The notes: generated by a model from the letters alone, not told the origin. A stretch of 63,907 nucleotides of DNA, filler included, from Octopus bimaculoides (GCF_001194135.2; 6 parts of 6 records of this genome joined end to end with filler, not necessarily neighbours in it); one strand, 5' to 3'. Positions 10,123-23,262 are shown, counted from the first letter of the whole stretch. Translations and numbers: made by a program.

Positions 10123-11239
10123 NNNNNNNNNNNNNNNNNNNNNNNNNNNNNNNNNNNNNNNNNNNNNNNNNNNNNNNNNNNNNNNNNNNNNNNNNNNNNN
10201 NNNNNNNNNNNNNNNNNNNNNNNNNNNNNNNNNNNNNNNNNNNNNNNNNNNNNNNNNNNNNNNNNNNNNNNNNNNNNNNNNNNNNNNNNNNNNNNNNNNN
10301 NNNNNNNNNNNNNNNNNNNNNNNNNNNNNNNNNNNNNNNNNNNNNNNNNNNNNNNNNNNNNNNNNNNNNNNNNNNNNNNNNNNNNNNNNNNNNNNNNNNN
10401 NNNNNNNNNNNNNNNNNNNNNNNNNNNNNNNNNNNNNNNNNNNNNNNNNNNNNNNNNNNNNNNNNNNNNNNNNNNNNNNNNNNNNNNNNNNNNNNNNNNN
10501 NNNNNNNNNNNNNNNNNNNNNNNNNNNNNNNNNNNNNNNNNNNNNNNNNNNNNNNNNNNNNNNNNNNNNNNNNNNNNNNNNNNNNNNNNNNNNNNNNNNN
10601 NNNNNNNNNNNNNNNNNNNNNNNNNNNNNNNNNNNNNNNNNNNNNNNNNNNNNNNNNNNNNNNNNNNNNNNNNNNNNNNNNNNNNNNNNNNNNNNNNNNN
10701 NNNNNNNNNNNNNNNNNNNNNNNNNNNNNNNNNNNNNNNNNNNNNNNNNNNNNNNNNNNNNNNNNNNNNNNNNNNNNNNNNNNNNNNNNNNNNNNNNNNN
10801 NNNNNNNNNAAAGTAAAATGGAAAACATCTGGCATCACTCGAAAACATTTAATTTAGACAGAGAATACAAACAGATTGTGTCTCTTACAGCTGTTTCTAG
10901 AATAACCAAGCATGTGGATCATGATAAAGAGTAAAGATCCCATAAGCTAGGTTTTCCGTCATCGGAGGCGAAGAAGTCAGAAAAATTCAAAAATGAAGCA
11001 ATGCCCCCAATTGAGGATATTATTTCTTTCTAATATGTTAAAAATGAAGAAAGAAACAGGAGGAAAGAGATATATGTTACGCAGATCCATGATGGGATGA
11101 AAAAATAATGTTGTAGGTAAGATCCATTAGCAGATTCAAATGAGAGTGTTTGACGATAATCGACGGCAAAGTGGAAGTTACCAGTCCATTTTTGAATAGA
11201 GAGTGAATTTATTATTCTTTGCCACGCGTGAAACATAGA

Positions 11240-11690
11240 CGCATACACACATACAAACACATATACATACATATACACACGCAGATACTCACATATACAC
11301 GAACACGCATATACGCACATGTGCACACATTTACACACATATACATACATCCAGTAACGTACTCCAAAAGACATACATGCACACACACATGTACACACAC
11401 ATATGTATACACACACACACGCATATGTACACACACATATGTATACACACACGCACACAATAATATATCCACCAAAACACACACACACACAAGAGTATAT
11501 TCGTCAACGCACATACACACACACACACACACACACGCACACCTATAAACCACGCACACGCATATGTACACACACAATATATCCACCAAAACACACACAC
11601 ACACACACACATACACACACACACACAACAATATATTCGCTAACACACATACACACGCGCACATGCACAAACACACACATACATACACTT
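11240..11690. repeat. Degenerate (CA)n/(TA)n low-complexity tract
   Basis: Direct. Confidence 0.9.
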
Positions 11691-12894
11691 ACCCTCTTCC
11701 TTTCTATTGTCACTTTGGTGTATATTTTTTATTGTCAACATATTTTCAATATAAATCTAAGAAGAAGCAATTATTGGCTTAGAATATTAGTTCTTTGACT
11801 CGGTCAAACGCAACGAATTTGGATAAAAAATCTCGCCTTGAGCATCAGGAAGTCTTCGGGAGTTGAACTCGCTTTCCTTATTCCACCATTTGCAACGATT
11901 TATCTATAAGAACAATCGACAGATTGAGTAAATTGTTCAATACCGGTTTGTGTACACGCTATGTCAGTGAGTGCATGTTTGCAAATGTATGTAGTAGATA
12001 GGCCGGCGCTTCGAGATCCAGTGTTCCAAAAAAACAAATACACACAGGCATACACACATATATAAATGTGTGTGTGTGTGCATATACATATATGTGTATG
12101 CAGAAACAGCTGTAAGCTAATGAATTTTGCTGAATAACCCCTCTTCATTGTCATTCATGTTTTTATATTGTTGTGATTGTTGTATAACCACAGACTAGCA
12201 CACCGAACAAGGAGGCCTACGGTATGCTGGGTTCGAATCGTGACTATGCCATCTTTTATTCAGACACTCTACATCATGGTCTACGGCCTCTAATATGAAT
12301 CCTAATTCTTTTTTTTTATAACAGCAGGGTAATTTATCTACTATTTTTAGAAGATCGAACTACCGCGTAGAGGCTTCCACATTGGTTAATAAAATAACAG
12401 TTGTTATCGTTTTAAATATCATTCGACAAACGATACTGCTGGAAACGGAATAAATTTACATTTTAATGATTATGTTATTTCAGTTTTGCTAAATTATGCC
12501 GCTACCTGCTTCTCATTAACGTATCATGTGATCACAAAATCGATTTATTATTGTTTTATGATATCTCTGCTCTTTATTCTAGGAAAAGAATGTTGTGAAT
12601 CAGCATAGAAATGGGAAAGGTAGAAAAAGAAACAAAAAGAAAAAGAAAAGATTAATAAAAATGGGTTTTTCAGTGTAGAACATGGTCAGATGGACGAGCA
12701 AATGAAAGTAGCATGTGGTGTGCCTTGGGAAGAAACGGTTATCATGCTGATATGTACACAAACTGAATAGAGGCAAAAATGTATGTTTACATACAAATGT
12801 ATGTGCGTGTATGTAAATATATATGTGTGTGTGTATGTCTGCGTGTGTGTGTTTGCGCGCGCGTTTGGGTGTATGTGTGTGTGCACGTATCATT

Positions 12895-12961
12895 CATATC
12901 ATATCATATATATATATATATGTATATATATATAGACGGATAGGTAAATACATACATATAT

Positions 12962-13029
<68 letters not shown>

Positions 13030-13290
13030 GAATATGTGTGTATATATATATATAAATATATATATATGTATAATATATTATAAATTATACGAACACATGC
13101 ATCTACTCATGCATATGCGATATATTTATGTGTATATACATATGCATGGGTATACGTGGAAAAATGTGTGTATATATGTGTATGTATGTGTGTATGTGTG
13201 TGTATATATGTATATGGGTATGTGTATGTATATGTATGCGTGTATGTATGTATATGTGTATATATACTTATATGTATGTATGTATATATG

Positions 13291-13361
<71 letters not shown>

Positions 13362-13506
13362 GGGTAATGTTTTGTATGTGTGTATATATGTATGTGTATA
13401 TGTGTATATATATGTATGTATGTATGTGTGTGTGTATGTGTATACATATGTATGTATATGTGTGTGTGTATGGTGTTTTGTATGTGTATAGGTTCTTTTG
13501 TATATG
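12895..13506. repeat. (TA)n/(CA)n/(TG)n/(TATG)n compound tract
   Basis: Direct; ends at a gap. Confidence 0.92.
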
Positions 13507-14624
13507 NNNNNNNNNNNNNNNNNNNNNNNNNNNNNNNNNNNNNNNNNNNNNNNNNNNNNNNNNNNNNNNNNNNNNNNNNNNNNNNNNNNNNNNNNNNNNN
13601 NNNNNNNNNNNNNNNNNNNNNNNNNNNNNNNNNNNNNNNNNNNNNNNNNNNNNNNNNNNNNNNNNNNNNNNNNNNNNNNNNNNNNNNNNNNNNNNNNNNN
13701 NNNNNNNNNNNNNNNNNNNNNNNNNNNNNNNNNNNNNNNNNNNNNNNNNNNNNNNNNNNNNNNNNNNNNNNNNNNNNNNNNNNNNNNNNNNNNNNNNNNN
13801 NNNNNNNNNNNNNNNNNNNNNNNNNNNNNNNNNNNNNNNNNNNNNNNNNNNNNNNNNNNNNNNNNNNNNNNNNNNNNNNNNNNNNNNNNNNNNNNNNNNN
13901 NNNNNNNNNNNNNNNNNNNNNNNNNNNNNNNNNNNNNNNNNNNNNNNNNNNNNNNNNNNNNNNNNNNNNNNNNNNNNNNNNNNNNNNNNNNNNNNNNNNN
14001 NNNNNNNNNNNNNNNNNNNNNNNNNNNNNNNNNNNNNNNNNNNNNNNNNNNNNNNNNNNNNNNNNNNNNNNNNNNNNNNNNNNNNNNNNNNNNNNNNNNN
14101 NNNNNNNNNNNNNNNNNNNNNNNNNNNNNNNNNNNNNNNNNNNNNNNNNNNNNNNNNNNNNNNNNNNNNNNNNNNNNNNNNNNNNNNNNNNNNNNNNNNN
14201 NNNNNNNNNNNNNNNNNNNNNNNNNNNNNNNNNNNNNNNNNNNNNNNNNNNNNNNNNNNNNNNNNNNNNNNNNNNNNNNNNNNNNNNNNNNNNNNNNNNN
14301 NNNNNNNNNNNNNNNNNNNNNNNNNNNNNNNNNNNNNNNNNNNNNNNNNNNNNNNNNNNNNNNNNNNNNNNNNNNNNNNNNNNNNNNNNNNNNNNNNNNN
14401 NNNNNNNNNNNNNNNNNNNNNNNNNNNNNNNTGTAGAGATATATACACTCATACATGTCGTCAGTACTGTCTCACGTTCAATGCATGATACCAAACTAGG
14501 CAACCAAACTGTGAAATGCATTTGTCTTGTCAAGGAAAAGTAAAACTGTATTATTTATGCGTATTTGAAAGCGCAGGAGTTATGTACACACACACGCACA
14601 CACTCAAACACACACACACACACA

Positions 14625-14665
<41 letters not shown>

Positions 14666-14797
14666 GCACACAAATATACGCACATACAACCCACCCCCAC
14701 ACACAAACATACGCACATTTTAAAATAGCGGGGTATTAATTTTAAAATTACCACTGTTGTATATATTGATATTACGAATGCTGACATGTATACACTC

Positions 14798-14798
<1 letters not shown>

Positions 14799-14878
<80 letters not shown>
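14799..14878. repeat. (TCTA)n
   Basis: Direct. Confidence 0.96.
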
Positions 14879-14879
<1 letters not shown>

Positions 14880-14963
14880 TTTTTCAAACACGGAAGAAAA
14901 TTATAAAAACAATTTTCCATCCCTTCCCGTTTCACGTAAAAGTGACAAGATTACAGGAAAAAA

Positions 14964-16174
14964 ATGTCACCCAACTGCTACAACAGCAACCTCTGCCACA
15001 ACCTCTGCATCAGCAACCTCTGCATCACAACTACCAACAACACCACTAATACAGCCACAACTGCCACATCTGCCATCAACACCAGCACCACCACCACCAC
15101 CAACAACAACAATAACAAAATAAAAACAAACTTCGCAGAGGCGATAAAACAAAAAAAGACAATAGTATCTTTTACTACACAGCAAATGAAAGACACAAGA
15201 GCGTTGATTACAAAAGAAAATAACGAGGTACAACTAAACATACCACAACAAACACTAGAAAACACGAACAAAACACAAGCATATACAGAGTATTAAACGC
15301 ACAGTCCAGACGACCAGAACAAGCCAACGCAGACAAAATCGAAAAATGCCTTCGCCCTGTATGGGCACATAAAGATTATGCTGCTTGGTGGCATAAATTT
15401 GCCCAAGTTCAAGTAATATTCCGAAATGAAGAATTAGCGAAACAATTCTCAACGCTAACTCTTCATACACAAGATATAACTATGATACCCGGTTACCTTG
15501 GGCAGAGGGTAACAAAAGTTACCATAAAAAATGTCCCGCCAATGATAGACACACTATGGATACTATCGGCCATATGTGTCGAAATGGAGGACGTAAAAAT
15601 CCTTCAAATTGCTGTCTCGGAACAGCAAAACTGGGTCGGAAGAACACTGGAAATCCTGTTCCATATAAATGAGACCTCTACAAGCAAAATACCTACACAC
15701 GTACGCTTATCACCTGATCAGAAATTGTATGTAGTGGTGGAAGGCAGGTGCCCTCGCTGTTACATATGCGACAGCGAGACACACCTCAAGAAGGATTGCC
15801 CAACTGCCGCAAAGAACCAAAAAGAACAACAACAACAAGAATTACCAAAACTTGTGAAAAAGACCTTGCTGCCCACACCGCCTTCAACACAAAAAAACAA
15901 CAAGAGAAATACCAGCAACATCAACAACCGAGAAGACAACAACTACTGCAAAAACAACAAGCGAAGAAACAGGAAAAAAGAAAAGAAGATTCAAAGACTG
16001 ATTCCCCCTCCCCCACATCGTATACACCTCGCACAAAAACCAGCGACCAACATCAACAGAAACAGCAACACAACCACTGAAGAAACACACAGACGCCTAC
16101 AACATGCCCTTACCCCCCTTCCGATTCCTCAGAACTTTCGTCAGAAGACGAAAGCAATGAGGAATAGCAAATAG
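14964..16174 (+). pseudogene. LINE ORF1 (Tx1/L1-type, gag-like CCHC knuckle), disrupted
   Basis: ORFs 14964-15296 and 15482-16174; CYICDSETHLKKDC is a C-x2-C-x4-H-x4-C knuckle; basic low-complexity tail; lies upstream of an APE-domain ORF2. Confidence 0.72.
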
Positions 16175-16662
16175 CCAGAAAAGGAAGGAGGTAGAGGAGC
16201 AACAAAAGAACAAAAGCAAACACCAGGAAAGCAGGGAGATACACAACTCCCGAAAACACTCCGAATACCAACACAAGCACACACAACACCAACACAAGCA
16301 AAAACACCCCCAAATCAAACACACACACAATGCTCACTGCTATCAACACGAAAAATATTGAGTTGATGGAATACATCAACAAAAAAAAAAAAAACGAATA
16401 TTACACACGCAGATAAAAAAAACTAGCAACCTCCCATACACAACACCGTCAGAACACATCAAAATACTACACATTACACCAACCCTGCACCACACACTAA
16501 AATCTATTTACCCTAAGGCAATTGGAAGATGCCAAAAATACTCCTCTAAAAAGCTTTACAGTGACCTCCTCGAGGAAACACCGAAGGAGGAGACAAACTT
16601 TCGAGCGGTAAGTAATTCACTGTTCCTATCGTTAGTGTTCAAACACATACATCATCAGGATT

Positions 16663-17700
16663 ATGATCAAGTTTGGTTGTGTGAATGCGCGTGGTTTGGG
16701 GTCCCCTTGGAAATAAGGGTACATCGTAAACGACATAAAGTCACATGATTTGGGAATCATAGCCATAAGTGAGACCAGACTCCATGAGCCACGGGCCCTA
16801 TGTCCATGTTTGGCAGACAGTTTAATATTTATTTTTCTCCTTGTCTGGCGAGGATGGGCGGTAGTGGCACGGCGGTTCTTTTTTGCAAGAGTCTGTATCT
16901 CGAAGTAAAGACGATATTCGTAGACCCGGAGGGTAGACTGGTTGTCCTGGACGTCGACGGCAGCGATGGGTGCGCTTTTCGACTCCTAGCAGTCTATGTA
17001 CCACCTTTAACAGGTCGGCCGGATTTCTTTCGACGTCCAGAAGTATTCCTGGGAACGTCTCGTCCTTTACTTTTAATGGGGGATTGGAATGCTACCTTGG
17101 ACACGCATCTAGACTACGTGGGGAGAGACAGTACTAGAAGGGGATGCAAATGCCTCAGAGACCTACTCAGACGCTTTCAACTGTCTGACAGGTACCGACT
17201 CGACCACCCAAATGTGCCAACATGGACATGGAGCAACCGCATTGGGTCGTCGAGATCGTATCTAGAAAGGATACTGTTAGGACAATAGATAGAGATAGCT
17301 TAGGATGTCCACAATTCCACACAGTCAGCTACACGGATCACAAACTCGTGACGTGTATGGTAGACTTAGATAAGGCGCATAGGCAGGGTCCCGGTTACTG
17401 GAAACTGAACGCATCTTTCCCGTCAAGACAGGTTTTCAGAGACCGAATTAGCACGTTAGTAAAGAGGGCTTTGACGGGAGCCATCATCAACAACAAGAGA
17501 GCAGTAAAAACGGAAGCAATTAGATATAGCAAGACACTAGCCGTAGATAGAAACAGACTAGAGTGTGAGATAGTGAAGAAGTTAGAAGAGGCATTAAGAA
17601 GCGGCATCACATCCGACATTCTGCCGGCGAGGTTGGCCCTCGACCAACATTTCAACGCTAAACACGAAGGATGTGCTGTCAGGACAAGGATGCGTGCTCT
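16663..17700 (+). pseudogene. LINE ORF2 N-terminus, apurinic-like endonuclease (Tx1/L1 clade), disrupted, truncated by a scaffold join
   Basis: MIKFGCVNARGL...IIAISETRL...GGSGTAVL...GRLVVLD...LAVYVP...LLLMGDWNA...TWTWSN...TDHKLV...GPGYWKLNAS. Confidence 0.88.
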
Positions 17701-17800
17701 NNNNNNNNNNNNNNNNNNNNNNNNNNNNNNNNNNNNNNNNNNNNTTAATTAATTAANNNNNNNNNNNNNNNNNNNNNNNNNNNNNNNNNNNNNNNNNNNN
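17701..17800. other. Artificial scaffold-join spacer 44N-TTAATTAATTAA-44N
   Basis: Exactly 100 bp; identical at five sites. Confidence 0.95.
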
Positions 17801-18035
17801 TTTTATTCTCAAACGCAGGATAATGCTAATAATATAACATGAACAGAACAAACTATCCATATTTTGCAGAAAAATCTGTCGGTGTCCAGCCACGAGACTG
17901 GAACTCACAACGCGTAATCACAGGGATGTGAGTTCCAATCTCATGGCTGGACGCCGACAGATTGTTCTGCAAAATATGGATAGTTTGTTCTGTTCATGTT
18001 ATATTATTAGCATTATCCTGCGTTTGAGAATAAAA
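17801..18035. repeat. Near-perfect inverted repeat: 109-bp arms, 17-nt spacer
   Basis: 17801-17909 versus the reverse complement of 17927-18035: 4 mismatches, all in the inner part. Confidence 0.93.
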
Positions 18036-18062
18036 CACAGAGACAAAGATATATACGCACGC

Positions 18063-18093
<31 letters not shown>

Positions 18094-18095
18094 TA

Positions 18096-18232
18096 TGACG
18101 GGCATTCGGTTTCCGTCTACCACATCCACTCACAAGGTTTTGGTTGGATCGAGGCTGTAGTAGAAGACACTTGGACAATGCGCCACGCAGTGGGACTGAA
18201 CCCAGAACCATGTGGTTGGTAAGTAAGCTTCT
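18096..18232 (-). mobile_element. SINE family B 5' half
   Basis: ttccgtctacc..atccactcacaagg...gtagaagacactt...gtgggactgaaccc. Confidence 0.85.
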
Positions 18233-18937
18233 TTATTTCATCAAGATTGGCCACAAAGGCCTCATACAGAAAAAGGGAAGCTGCGGGCTGGACATGGATA
18301 TAATGTTATGTGAATGAAAAAATGATGATTGATGAATAAATGGGGGAGGGGACAAGCAGCGCCCGCCGACTGTCCGAAAACATTGTTCTCTTATATATGA
18401 GGCAACAAGCCTCTTACACTGTTCCTAATGTTCATTGATACAAAAAGGAGGCATTATGCCTCTTTGTTTCAACAAAATGAGGTTTCAAACCCCTCCTCAA
18501 TTCATAACATTGAGGCTTTTCACCTTTTTACCACACAGCTACACCTGCGCCAATTAATTCATAACTATGTCATTCACGCCCATTAACAACTAAATTTCTA
18601 ATATAATTGAGTTATACAACATAATTACTGGTTTATAGCTCGTTAACAGCTTCACTTAATGACCACTAATTGATAGCTGCGTGATAAATTAGCGTAATTA
18701 CTGCTAATTTATAGTTGTTTAATGCATAGCTTATTAATGACTTAATTACCGTGAAAGGAACAAAACATCTGACTCAGTTCGAATCTTGTATCGATATCGA
18801 ACCAGTTCATTACCGATTCCTTTGGAAGGAGAGCTAACTGTATGTTTTTGATCGTAAGACAACTGAATGAGAATTGGCGTGTGGTTAAACAACGACGTAA
18901 CTTTTTAAATTGAATTGTCTGGGGTTGTTGTTTTTGT

Positions 18938-18978
<41 letters not shown>

Positions 18979-19431
18979 NNNNNNNNNNNNNNNNNNNNNN
19001 NNNNNNNNNNNNNNNNNNNNNNNNNNNNNNNNNNNNNNNNNNNNNNNNNNNNNNNNNNNNNNNNNNNNNNNNNNNNNNNNNNNNNNNNNNNNNNNNNNNN
19101 NNNNNNNNNNNNNNNNNNNNNNNNNNNNNNNNNNNNNNNNNNNNNNNNNNNNNNNNNNNNNNNNNNNNNNNNNNNNNNNNNNNNNNNNNNNNNNNNNNNN
19201 NNNNNNNNNNAGAACATTTCCTTCATCAGCTGCCACCGTTCTAAAACTAAGCATTTCGAAGAGTTAGGGCAGGACGCATCGTTAGAATGGCTCTTCCCAC
19301 GGACCACAAAATAAATTTGTACCATGGAGGAATGTAGTGGCGGACAGAGAACAAGACAGGAAAATGTAACAGTGAAAATAAACAAAAAAGGCTATACGGC
19401 CAGAATATATATATATATTTACACACGCGCG

Positions 19432-19499
<68 letters not shown>

Positions 19500-19503
19500 A
19501 ATA

Positions 19504-19805
19504 CAGGGTAAAAATAATTAAATTAATAATTTGACAATTAATACCAGTGGTTAGTATGCATAATAAAAGTCAGAAGACAGATAATTTTATAATACAATGT
19601 GTATAAAAATGTATACACGGAGAGAAGACCACCATGCGAACTTCTTATATGATAGAGAGGGCAGTCAAATCCCAAACCACGAAAAAAGTATATAAACTTT
19701 TATACACTCTTATATTGTAAAATTATTTCTGTCTTAGGAATTTTATTGCGCATGTTAACCACTGGTATTAATTGTTAAATTATTAATTTAATAATTTTTA
19801 CCCTG
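19504..19805. mobile_element. MITE with ~115-bp terminal inverted repeats (Tc1/mariner-like ends)
   Basis: ta|cagggtaaaaataattaaattaataatttgacaattaataccagtggtta ... taaccactggtattaattgttaaattattaatttaataatttttaccctg; right flank is AA rather than TA. Confidence 0.82.
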
Positions 19806-19958
19806 AATTTATATAGTTAAATATTTAAATTCTTCGGCCAGATAATACAGGTTGAATCTATCTATCTATCTAGCTAGCTAGCTATCTGTCTGTCTGTGTG
19901 TGTGTCTGTCTGTCTGTCTGTGTGTCTATGTGTCTGTCTGTCTGTCTGTCTGTCTGTC

Positions 19959-20026
<68 letters not shown>

Positions 20027-20087
20027 TTATCTATCCATCTTGATTGTATTAAATTGACAGTCTTTTCCAAGTTTTACCCTTAGCTGG

Positions 20088-20203
20088 GCTTCTTCTTCTT
20101 CTTCTTCTTCTTCTTCTTCTTCTTCTTCTTCTTCTTCTTCTTCTTCTTCTTCTTCTTCTTCTTCTTCTTCTTCTTCTTCTTCTTCTTCTTCTTCTTCTTC
20201 TTC
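20088..20203. repeat. (TCT)n
   Basis: Direct. Confidence 0.97.
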
Positions 20204-20893
20204 CAAATCTGTCTCTATGATTCTTTCTTTCTAACAGTGTATGTGTGCACGCGCGCAAGGTATTCCTTTTCATCATTGTCTGCCACCAAGCCTGGTATAT
20301 GCCCTCAGTCTTCTCCTCATGTCGACTCTTTCTGCATCTCTCTTTTACTCTCTCTCTCTCCCCTCTCTATACACGATGTAAAGCCTGAAAGCCTGACAGG
20401 AGAAACCAACCAACAGACCAGCCAACCAGCTAGTCAACCAACCAATATTCATATCTGATATTACTGTACAGAAATGACAACTTACATTTCTCATTTCACT
20501 CCTCGGTGAACCAATCCTAAATTTAATTCAAGCTATTTAATTAGTCTAACAAACAACTGTTTATGTTGACATGTTATGGCAGTGGTGTGATAATGGCGGT
20601 ATTGATACGGAAAAACAAAAAACCCTTCTAACCACGAAGTCATGACATTGATGCTTGTTGAAGTGGTTCATCCAATATATTTGCAAAAAGGGGCGGCCAT
20701 TATAAGTTATGTATTTTCTTTATCTTAAGACAATAGAAATAACTTATTTTTGTTCAAGGCATCCNNNNNNNNNNNNNNNNNNNNNNNNNNNNNNNNNNNN
20801 NNNNNNNNNNNNNNNNNNNNNNNNNNNNNNNNNNNNNNNNNNNNNNNNNNNNNNNNNNNNNNNNNNNNNNNNNNNNNNNNNNNNNNNNNNNNN

Positions 20894-21312
20894 TCTTCTT
20901 CTTCTTCTTCTTCTTCTTCTTCTTCTTCTTCGTCTTCTTCTTCTTCTTCTTCTTCTTCTTCTTTCTCTTCCTCCTTTTCTTTCCTCCTCCTTCTTTCACC
21001 TCCTTCCCCCTCTTTTTCCTCCACATTTTTCTTCCTTCCTTCTTTTCTTCTTCCACTTCCTCCACTTTCTCCTCTCCTGTCACTTCCTCCACTTTCGCCT
21101 CTTCCTCTTTCTCTGCCTCTCCCAACTCTTCTTCGTCTTTCTGCTCTTTCTCCTCTTGTTCCTCCTCCACTTCCTCCTTCTCCTCTTCCCCCTCTTCCAT
21201 TACTCTTCAGCTTCCTTCTCTTCCCCATCCTTCTTTCCCTCCTTCCATCTCTCACCTTTCCCTCCCCCAATACCTTAGGTATCCTCTTCCTCTTCCTCTT
21301 CCTCTTCCTTTC
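20894..21312. repeat. Polypyrimidine (TCT/TCC) low-complexity tract
   Basis: Direct. Confidence 0.93.
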
Positions 21313-21374
21313 CGTTTCACTTTATTGCTTTTATACAAACATGCATCATTTCTCCATAAACACATCTCAGGTGT

Positions 21375-21490
21375 AAAAGTTGCGAGCCGGACAAAGTGGT
21401 GAGCGGCATTTTGTCCGTTCTTACTTTCTGAGTTCAAATTCCACCAAACTCATCTTTGCCGGTCACCCTTTCGGGGGTCGATAAAGAAGG
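21375..21490 (+). mobile_element. Degenerate SINE family A
   Basis: ctgagttcaaattccacc...ccctttcgggggtcgataaa. Confidence 0.65.
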
Positions 21491-21505
21491 ATATACGAAG
21501 TAACA

Positions 21506-22110
21506 TTGATTGAAATATAGATGTGTACAATCATGTTTAATACGTTCGTGTACACTTGGATGTGAAAGACCTTTCCTTGCTGAAATAGTTTCGGTAGAAA
21601 TTTTCGTAGAATATGTGTGAAACTGGGCTATGAATGATCGTAGGGCGCATGCGCTTTTGCGTCATTACGCTTCATCATCTACGACCCTCACCCATCGTTC
21701 TTATAGTTAAGCAGCAAATGATGCGCTTGCTGACGCCCGCAAAGCTTGGTCAAGCTGGTATTAATAAAGCAAAGGCGCACGAGGAAGTGTTGATTGAAAT
21801 ATGGAGGTGTACAATCATTATTGAATACGTTCATGTGTATTCGGATGTGGGAAGACTTTTCGCTGCGAAAATAGCCACGAGAGAAATTTTTTCTCTAAAA
21901 TTAATACGTGTGAAGACACCATTGAGCTATGAGTGATGCCATCTATCGCATGACGCATGCGTTTACGCACCTATATTTTGGGAGTAGGATCACTTTTCGC
22001 TTTGGAAATAGCCTCTAGAAAAATCTCCTCGTAGACAATATATATGAAAACACCGTTCGGTTATGAATGACGTAATAGGATCGTAAGACGCATGCGTGTA
22101 TTTATTTACC
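21506..22110. repeat. Diverged tandem triplication (284-bp period, then a partial third unit)
   Basis: ttgattgaaatat..gtgtacaatcat..aatacgttc at 21506 and 21790; acttttcgct..gaaatagcc at ~21855 and ~21992; each unit ends in (g/a)cgcatgcg. Confidence 0.75.
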
Positions 22111-22964
22111 TATATCCCAGTCATTACGGTTTCGAGCGCTCCTAGTTAAATAAAAATGTGTGACTCTGTTTGTTGTAATAAATTAATCAATATCGCAAAA
22201 TTTATTTGTTCAGTTACCCTAATATTGAGAGAAATTGTAGAAACCTAAATAACACTTAATTAAAAAGATTTTTATCAGTTTACGTCAAGAAGTTTGCTCG
22301 CAATCGCATCAAACCTTGGCAGTTCAAGAGGATTGTATGAGAAGAAAACATAAGCCTAGTTAAACCTTACTTAAAGACATTTACCTGTTTAGGTCAAGAA
22401 CTCCGACACTGTCTTGTTATCACCGATTAACCCTTGTTATCCCATAATATCTTGTTATCCCCCGTTTGTCTTCATCTTTATCACAGCTTACAAATATATT
22501 TATTCCTAACGCGCTCTATGTTGCTTTCCCCCTTTCCCATACGACGTTTACAAGTCCATCTTATTTCCGTTGCTGTTGACAAGATATCGTATTGGCGGAG
22601 ACAGATGTCAAACAGTGAAACAGATGTCAAAACAATTTGACAGATGTCAGCCATATTGGAGAAGATAGCAACGGTTTCACTCGCCATTCTCCACACGACA
22701 TCTCACCGGCAACATTGAAGCGAAGCTTTTTATAACATTGTAAATAATTACACTTTGATTACTTAGGGCTCTTGTTTTTTCCCATTCCAACCCTCCTCCC
22801 CTTCGCCCTCCTCCTACACCATCGTCCCTCTCCACCGTATTTTTACATTTTTCCTCTTCCTGTTTTTTTTAAAACTTTTCCTTGCGCTTCATTTTCCTTT
22901 TCCTTTTGTTTTTTCTTAATTCTGTATCCTCTTTTTTCATTACTGTTAATATTGATGTTGTTAT

Positions 22965-22968
22965 CATT

Positions 22969-23009
<41 letters not shown>

Positions 23010-23094
23010 TATTATTATTATTACTACTGTTATTTTTTTTAGTAGTCGTTCCCGTTCTTCACGTTTTTACCCTTTGTCTACTTTCATTTTTTTG

Positions 23095-23132
<38 letters not shown>

Positions 23133-23262
23133 GTTGCTGCCACTACTACTGCTGCTACTTCCCTTCTACCAACTATTCCTCCTTCTCCTCTTCCTCCTCC
23201 TCCTCCTCCTCCACCACCACCTCCACCTCCACCACCTCCTCCTCTCCACCTTCCCACCCCTC
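22965..23262. repeat. Mixed (ATC)n/(ATT)n/(CTA)n/(CCT)n tract
   Basis: Direct. Confidence 0.9.

Noticed and set aside
16600-16620. ggtaagt donor-like sites here and at ~4006
   Set aside because: No upstream open exon; expected by chance.
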